Assembly: GCF_032191835.1 (NCBI RefSeq)
Contig: NC_083237.1
Coordinates: 49,910,001-49,974,000 of the forward strand
DNA from: Heteronotia binoei
Taxonomy: Eukaryota
Length of the DNA: 64,000 nucleotides
Direction of reading: 5' to 3'
The stretch's first letter is position 1, and each line of letters begins with the position of its first letter. The notes beneath the pieces are model-generated. The model ran no database searches. It saw only the letters and a list, made by a program, of their open reading frames with translations, and was not told the DNA's origin. Shown here piece after piece: positions 59,971-64,000 of the stretch. Made by a program: the position numbers and the translations under genes.

Positions 59971-60908
59971 CACCTAGCTGCAATAAAAAGTAGTAATGCA
60001 CAGCGCCCTTCGAGGCTTTCAGAAACCACCCCTTTCTCTTCGCTTGAGATCTGAAAGCGGCGAAAGCTTGGGCCACAACGACAAGACGGATTTCGTCTGC
60101 GGCATTCCCGTCACTGCTTGGAAGCGCTTTCCAAACAAACACCTCCGGAAACGGCTTTATTTACTAGCGAACGGAATGATGTCTCTCCGAAGCGGTTACC
60201 AGATGAGGTTCTGCTGCTAAGTGGAGCGGTGCCAACTCGGTGGCGGTTCAAATGGGCGGGCGCATCTCGCACCCCCTGGCTGGAGGACGCTCCAAGGAGT
60301 GCCCCAGAGGCCGCAAAACCAAGAAAAGGTTGTCCGGATCTCCCCGAACCTGATTTATGGTCTCCGGGATCCCGAGACTGGCAGCGAGGCCCTGCGTGGG
60401 AGAGTGAGTGTGTGGATAGCGGACTTTTAAAAATTACGGTTACAGATAAATAATATTGCCCTTCAAAACGGAAAGCCGGGTTATCAGGGCCGTGGAATGT
60501 TTCCCCCAACGAAAATATTCTCTTTCTTCCACCTCCCAACCAAACCTCATCAAAGCGTCGGCCGCCATAAATCTCGGCATACTTCCCTTTCACACATTCC
60601 GGGTGAATTCTTGGGTTCAATCGCTTTATCCCGACCCAGTTCCCATTTGCATGTGCTTAGGAAGGCCCTATTCCATAGGGACCTGCTTCTAGTACACCTC
60701 GCGGGGGGGGGGGACCCGATCCGAGATCCTGAGCACGTTTTCACAGCTGGACTCCCTGATTTCGTTTGGGTCGGGTTTTCTGCCCTCCCTGTCCCTCAGT
60801 CTCTGGGGAAACTCGTAAAACTTCTTCGTTTGGTTTTCCCCGTGAAAAGAAACTCGGCAGATTAACGAAGACCGGGATCAAGACGACTCCAGTATTAATA
60901 CGTCCCTT

Positions 60909-61053
60909 GGCTTTCTTTGATCACACACTCTAAATAACGCACTTTCAATGCATTTTCAGTGCACTTTACAACAGGATCTTGCCAGTTCACACAACACAAT
61001 CTAGTTGGAAAGTACACTGAAAGTGGCATTATTTAATGCGTGTGATCGCAGCC
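60909..61053. mobile_element. Degenerate palindromic MITE related to 47628
   Basis: GATCACACAC...AAATAACGCACTTTCA / TGAAAGTGGCATTATTTAATGCGTGTGATC inverted arms. Confidence 0.5.
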
Positions 61054-62793
61054 TAAAACTCCAAGACGCCTTCTCATTCCCCACCCCCGAGTATTCCCAC
61101 ACCTCCTTCGAAGTGCTCAAGCATCTAAGTAAGGAATGGGCGCCTAACCATGGTTAGGTTATTATTCCTCTTTTAATTGGAATACGGGCGTACGTTAGCC
61201 AAAAATGGAAATAAATCAACCTCCCACCCCCACCCACCCAAAAAAACCCCCCACCACCCCACCCCAAATATTTCCTGAGAACTGAGAGAAGTCTAGCAGT
61301 TTGCTAACATTTCCGTGCCGCCCCTCAAGGCACGCCTCTAGCAGTCCAGCCAGGGTGGAAGGCAGTTCGAAGGCAGTGGCTCATAAATACACGTTTGCGT
61401 CAAGTCGTCTGTTGCCATGTATCATCTTTACTGTCAGTGGGCCCTCGAAATAAATATGTTAACGTTAGTCGGCCACTTTGGAGGGGAGCGAGGGAGACTC
61501 GGGGCCGCTGGAAACTTGCCAGCTTGGAATGGTGGGAGGGGGTGGAGGAGAGAATCTTCCTGTAGGTCGGCTTGGAGGGTGATCCTGGGGTTGATTTTGG
61601 CTCCTTCCGAGAAGTTTCTCTTATGGTTTTCAAGTGCCGAACTTTTGCCTTATCACCCAACTTCTGTTTCCCTTCCCGCCTTTTTTAATATGTCTCAAAT
61701 CCAGGTCCTTTGCTTTCTCAGACTGTACTCCTCCCTTATATCGCCCGGATCAGCCGTCTGAGAACTGGTGAGTTCAGACAATATTCACGACCTCTTTGGG
61801 ATTGCCTCCAATTACTCCCCTCCCCCTTTGCATAGGTAAAAAACAAAAACTCTTAAGGATTTATTTGGTGACTCTCTGACCAGTTCGGCATTTCCTTTCA
61901 TTTGGAGGGGGTGTCTCGGGGTTTGTATTGTCTTGCAGTTTCTGTGCCTCCGACTTGTAAAAAGACCTGAAAATCCACTATATAGAGAGCAATAAAGAGA
62001 TCTTCAAGACTATACAAAAGTATCTTATATAAACATATAAACTGTTCTCGAACCTCAACAACTCTCTGAAAAAACCAATTACACTACAGCGTTTGTCTAT
62101 GAAAGTTTACCATCGCCAGTGGTTCTAAAATTAGCCCTGGAGAAACTGAAGTCCAAACACTGATTTCCGCACCGGTGGTTTTTGCGACTGAAGTTCTTCT
62201 GGGCCTTCAGGTTACCTTTCGCTCTGGGGTCCAAATCTCAGGAAGTCCTTCCAAAACAGAAAAGCGCTGCTCAAAGATCCCAGTTTTCCTCTGGAAACTT
62301 TCTTAAGAGCAAAAGTGGCCGTGAAAACAAGGCGGCGTCCAGGTGAAGTCAATTGTTGCTATGAACTGCGGAGCTGGCTCCAGTGAAAGGAACTTCCAGA
62401 AGTTTCCACCGGTTCGCAAGCCTTTCCAAAGATGGGAGAGAGCAAAAGATGGTCTTCTAGGATATCACAAGGCCACCTAAGAGAGAAATGAGACATCTCC
62501 AGAGTTTCTTCCCTCCTTGGTAAATGACTGTTCCCCTCGATTCAACAGCTAAGACTAGACCCTTCCCCCCAAAAAAAGGGAAAGCACAATGCTCTCTTTC
62601 ATGCACACGCACCCAAAAATGTGCAGACACCTCAACTTCTTCCTCCCACTCGCAGTTTGCTGCGGTAGATCTTTTGGCGTCAGCAGCGGCAGCTGGGGAA
62701 GGCTTTTGGCTCCCAAGCCCAAGTGGTATGCGAATAGGGACGGGGGTCATAAATCTTGAGTGACTTGAAGAGACGTCATCTCTATCTATCTAT

Positions 62794-62869
62794 ATCCATC
62801 CATCCATCCATCCATCCATCCATCCATCCATCCATCCATCCATCCATCCATCCATCCATCCATCCATCC
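62794..62869. repeat. (ATCC)19 microsatellite
   Basis: Direct read. Confidence 0.97.
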
Positions 62870-63229
62870 AAGGATAAACAACTTCCCATTTACTTTGTGT
62901 TTGATAATTTTTACATAATACCAATAATTTGAATACAATTCTCTCCCTCCCTCCCTCTCTCTCTCCACCCCCACCCCCCATTGCCAGCATATCCAGAACA
63001 AGCTAGCTGGGTTCAACAGACGCATCCTAAAACTTTGATTCCTTCTTTGCAATTTCGCCATATTTTTAAAACTGTATTTTCTTATTATCACCACTTTTTT
63101 TAAAAAAAAGTTACTTCCCTGGGTGGCCCCCTTCCCCCCAAAAAACATCCTCCAAACATGCCTTTCACGATGATGTCATATTTGGGGTGCCGCCAGAGCA
63201 GCCTGGGACTTGGGTGGGCCTTGGGAGAA

Positions 63230-63900
63230 CCGGGGATGTCTTCTGCAGTTTTACTGGAGCAATGCATTGGGGAGGGGGAGGGGGGGCGATGGAGGGGAGA
63301 AGGAGAGGCGGGGGGGGGGGTCGTATCTGTTCGGAATTAGCATAACCTGGCACCCAATTGCCAAGCACGTGAAACCGGGTGGCTTCGGGGCTCAGTCCGC
63401 TAGGCCTCAGCCCGCCACCTCTGGGTCTGCATATTGCCTTTCCACCCTCTGGCGCCATTTAGGAAGCAACCTTGGCCCGCCCCAGCGCCCCCCTCCCCCC
63501 CCCCCCAACCAAATCTCTAAATGTCTTTCTTCTAAGCCTTCTTCGGCTTCCCTTTCCCGTTCTCTCCCCCCGCCCCCAATCTCTGGGACTTCTTTATTTA
63601 TTTTCCATTGCAACCTCCGTCCAAAGCATCGCCTCGCCGAAGATTTCCTGCGAGCTGTTTTTGCTGTTTTCTCCTCCTCTATACCCTGTCTGTATGTCTG
63701 TCTGTCTCTCTCTCTCTCGCACACACGCTCACTCACTCAACACACACACACACCCTCTCTCTCTCTCTCTCTCGCCTTCTGCTGTAAAGCCAGGGGCCAT
63801 TGTTAACCGTGCACAGGGCGTACGAAGACTCTAGGGCAGCCAGAATCAAAAGGATTCCCTCCCTATCCATCTCTGGAAGGCTGTCTGGCATCTTTCGATT
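63230..63900 (+). promoter_or_regulatory. Candidate HOXB3 proximal promoter / 5' non-coding exon region
   Basis: CpG-rich; TTTTACTGG, CAATTG, CACGTG (63366-63371) and YY1-type CGCCATTT; cluster order places HOXB3 next. No coding sequence is visible, so the assignment is positional. Confidence 0.4.
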
Positions 63901-64000
63901 GCTACCTCTTCTCACCTTCCCCCCACTCCTCTCCAAACCGAGACACAGAGAGAGAGAGAGAGGGAGGGAGGGAGGGAGAGAGAGAGGACCTGAAACATCC

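Noticed and set aside
62679-62685. GTCAGCA half-MARE as the kreisler/MafB r5 site of Hoxb3
   Set aside because: Lacks the AT-rich flank, and such 7-mers occur elsewhere (17292, 41866); cannot be assigned without alignment.

Overview
Vertebrate HoxB cluster segment, all genes on the + strand: the 3' end of HOXB6 exon 1 plus exon 2, complete HOXB5, mir-10a, HOXB4, then about 32 kb of non-coding DNA that by cluster order should lead to HOXB3 (no HOXB3 coding exon is reached). The Hox proteins resemble sauropsid orthologues as I recall them, and the cluster carries many MITEs and Penelope-like repeats, which points to a squamate, possibly a gecko (inference). Three DR5 retinoic-acid response elements sit where mouse DE, B4U and ENE RAREs are expected, along with other Hox regulatory motifs. 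Main observations: (1) a Penelope-like repeat family carries a minimal hammerhead-ribozyme motif, with one complete copy at 20164-20199 (minus strand) and several decayed copies whose stem I covaries; (2) HOXB4 exon 1 is frameshifted (apparent ~20-nt deletion at 29150), yet an alternative-frame AUG at 28896 reads openly into YPWM and the homeodomain, which also shows substitutions at normally conserved positions; (3) HOXB5 has a 12-Ala tract and a 20-aa Ser/Gly insertion; (4) a pre-miRNA-like hairpin lies at 44777-44839; (5) hAT MITEs are nested three times. The assembly is a draft with 11 N-gaps, so single-site anomalies need read-level confirmation. Comparisons with orthologues are from memory, not from a run alignment.
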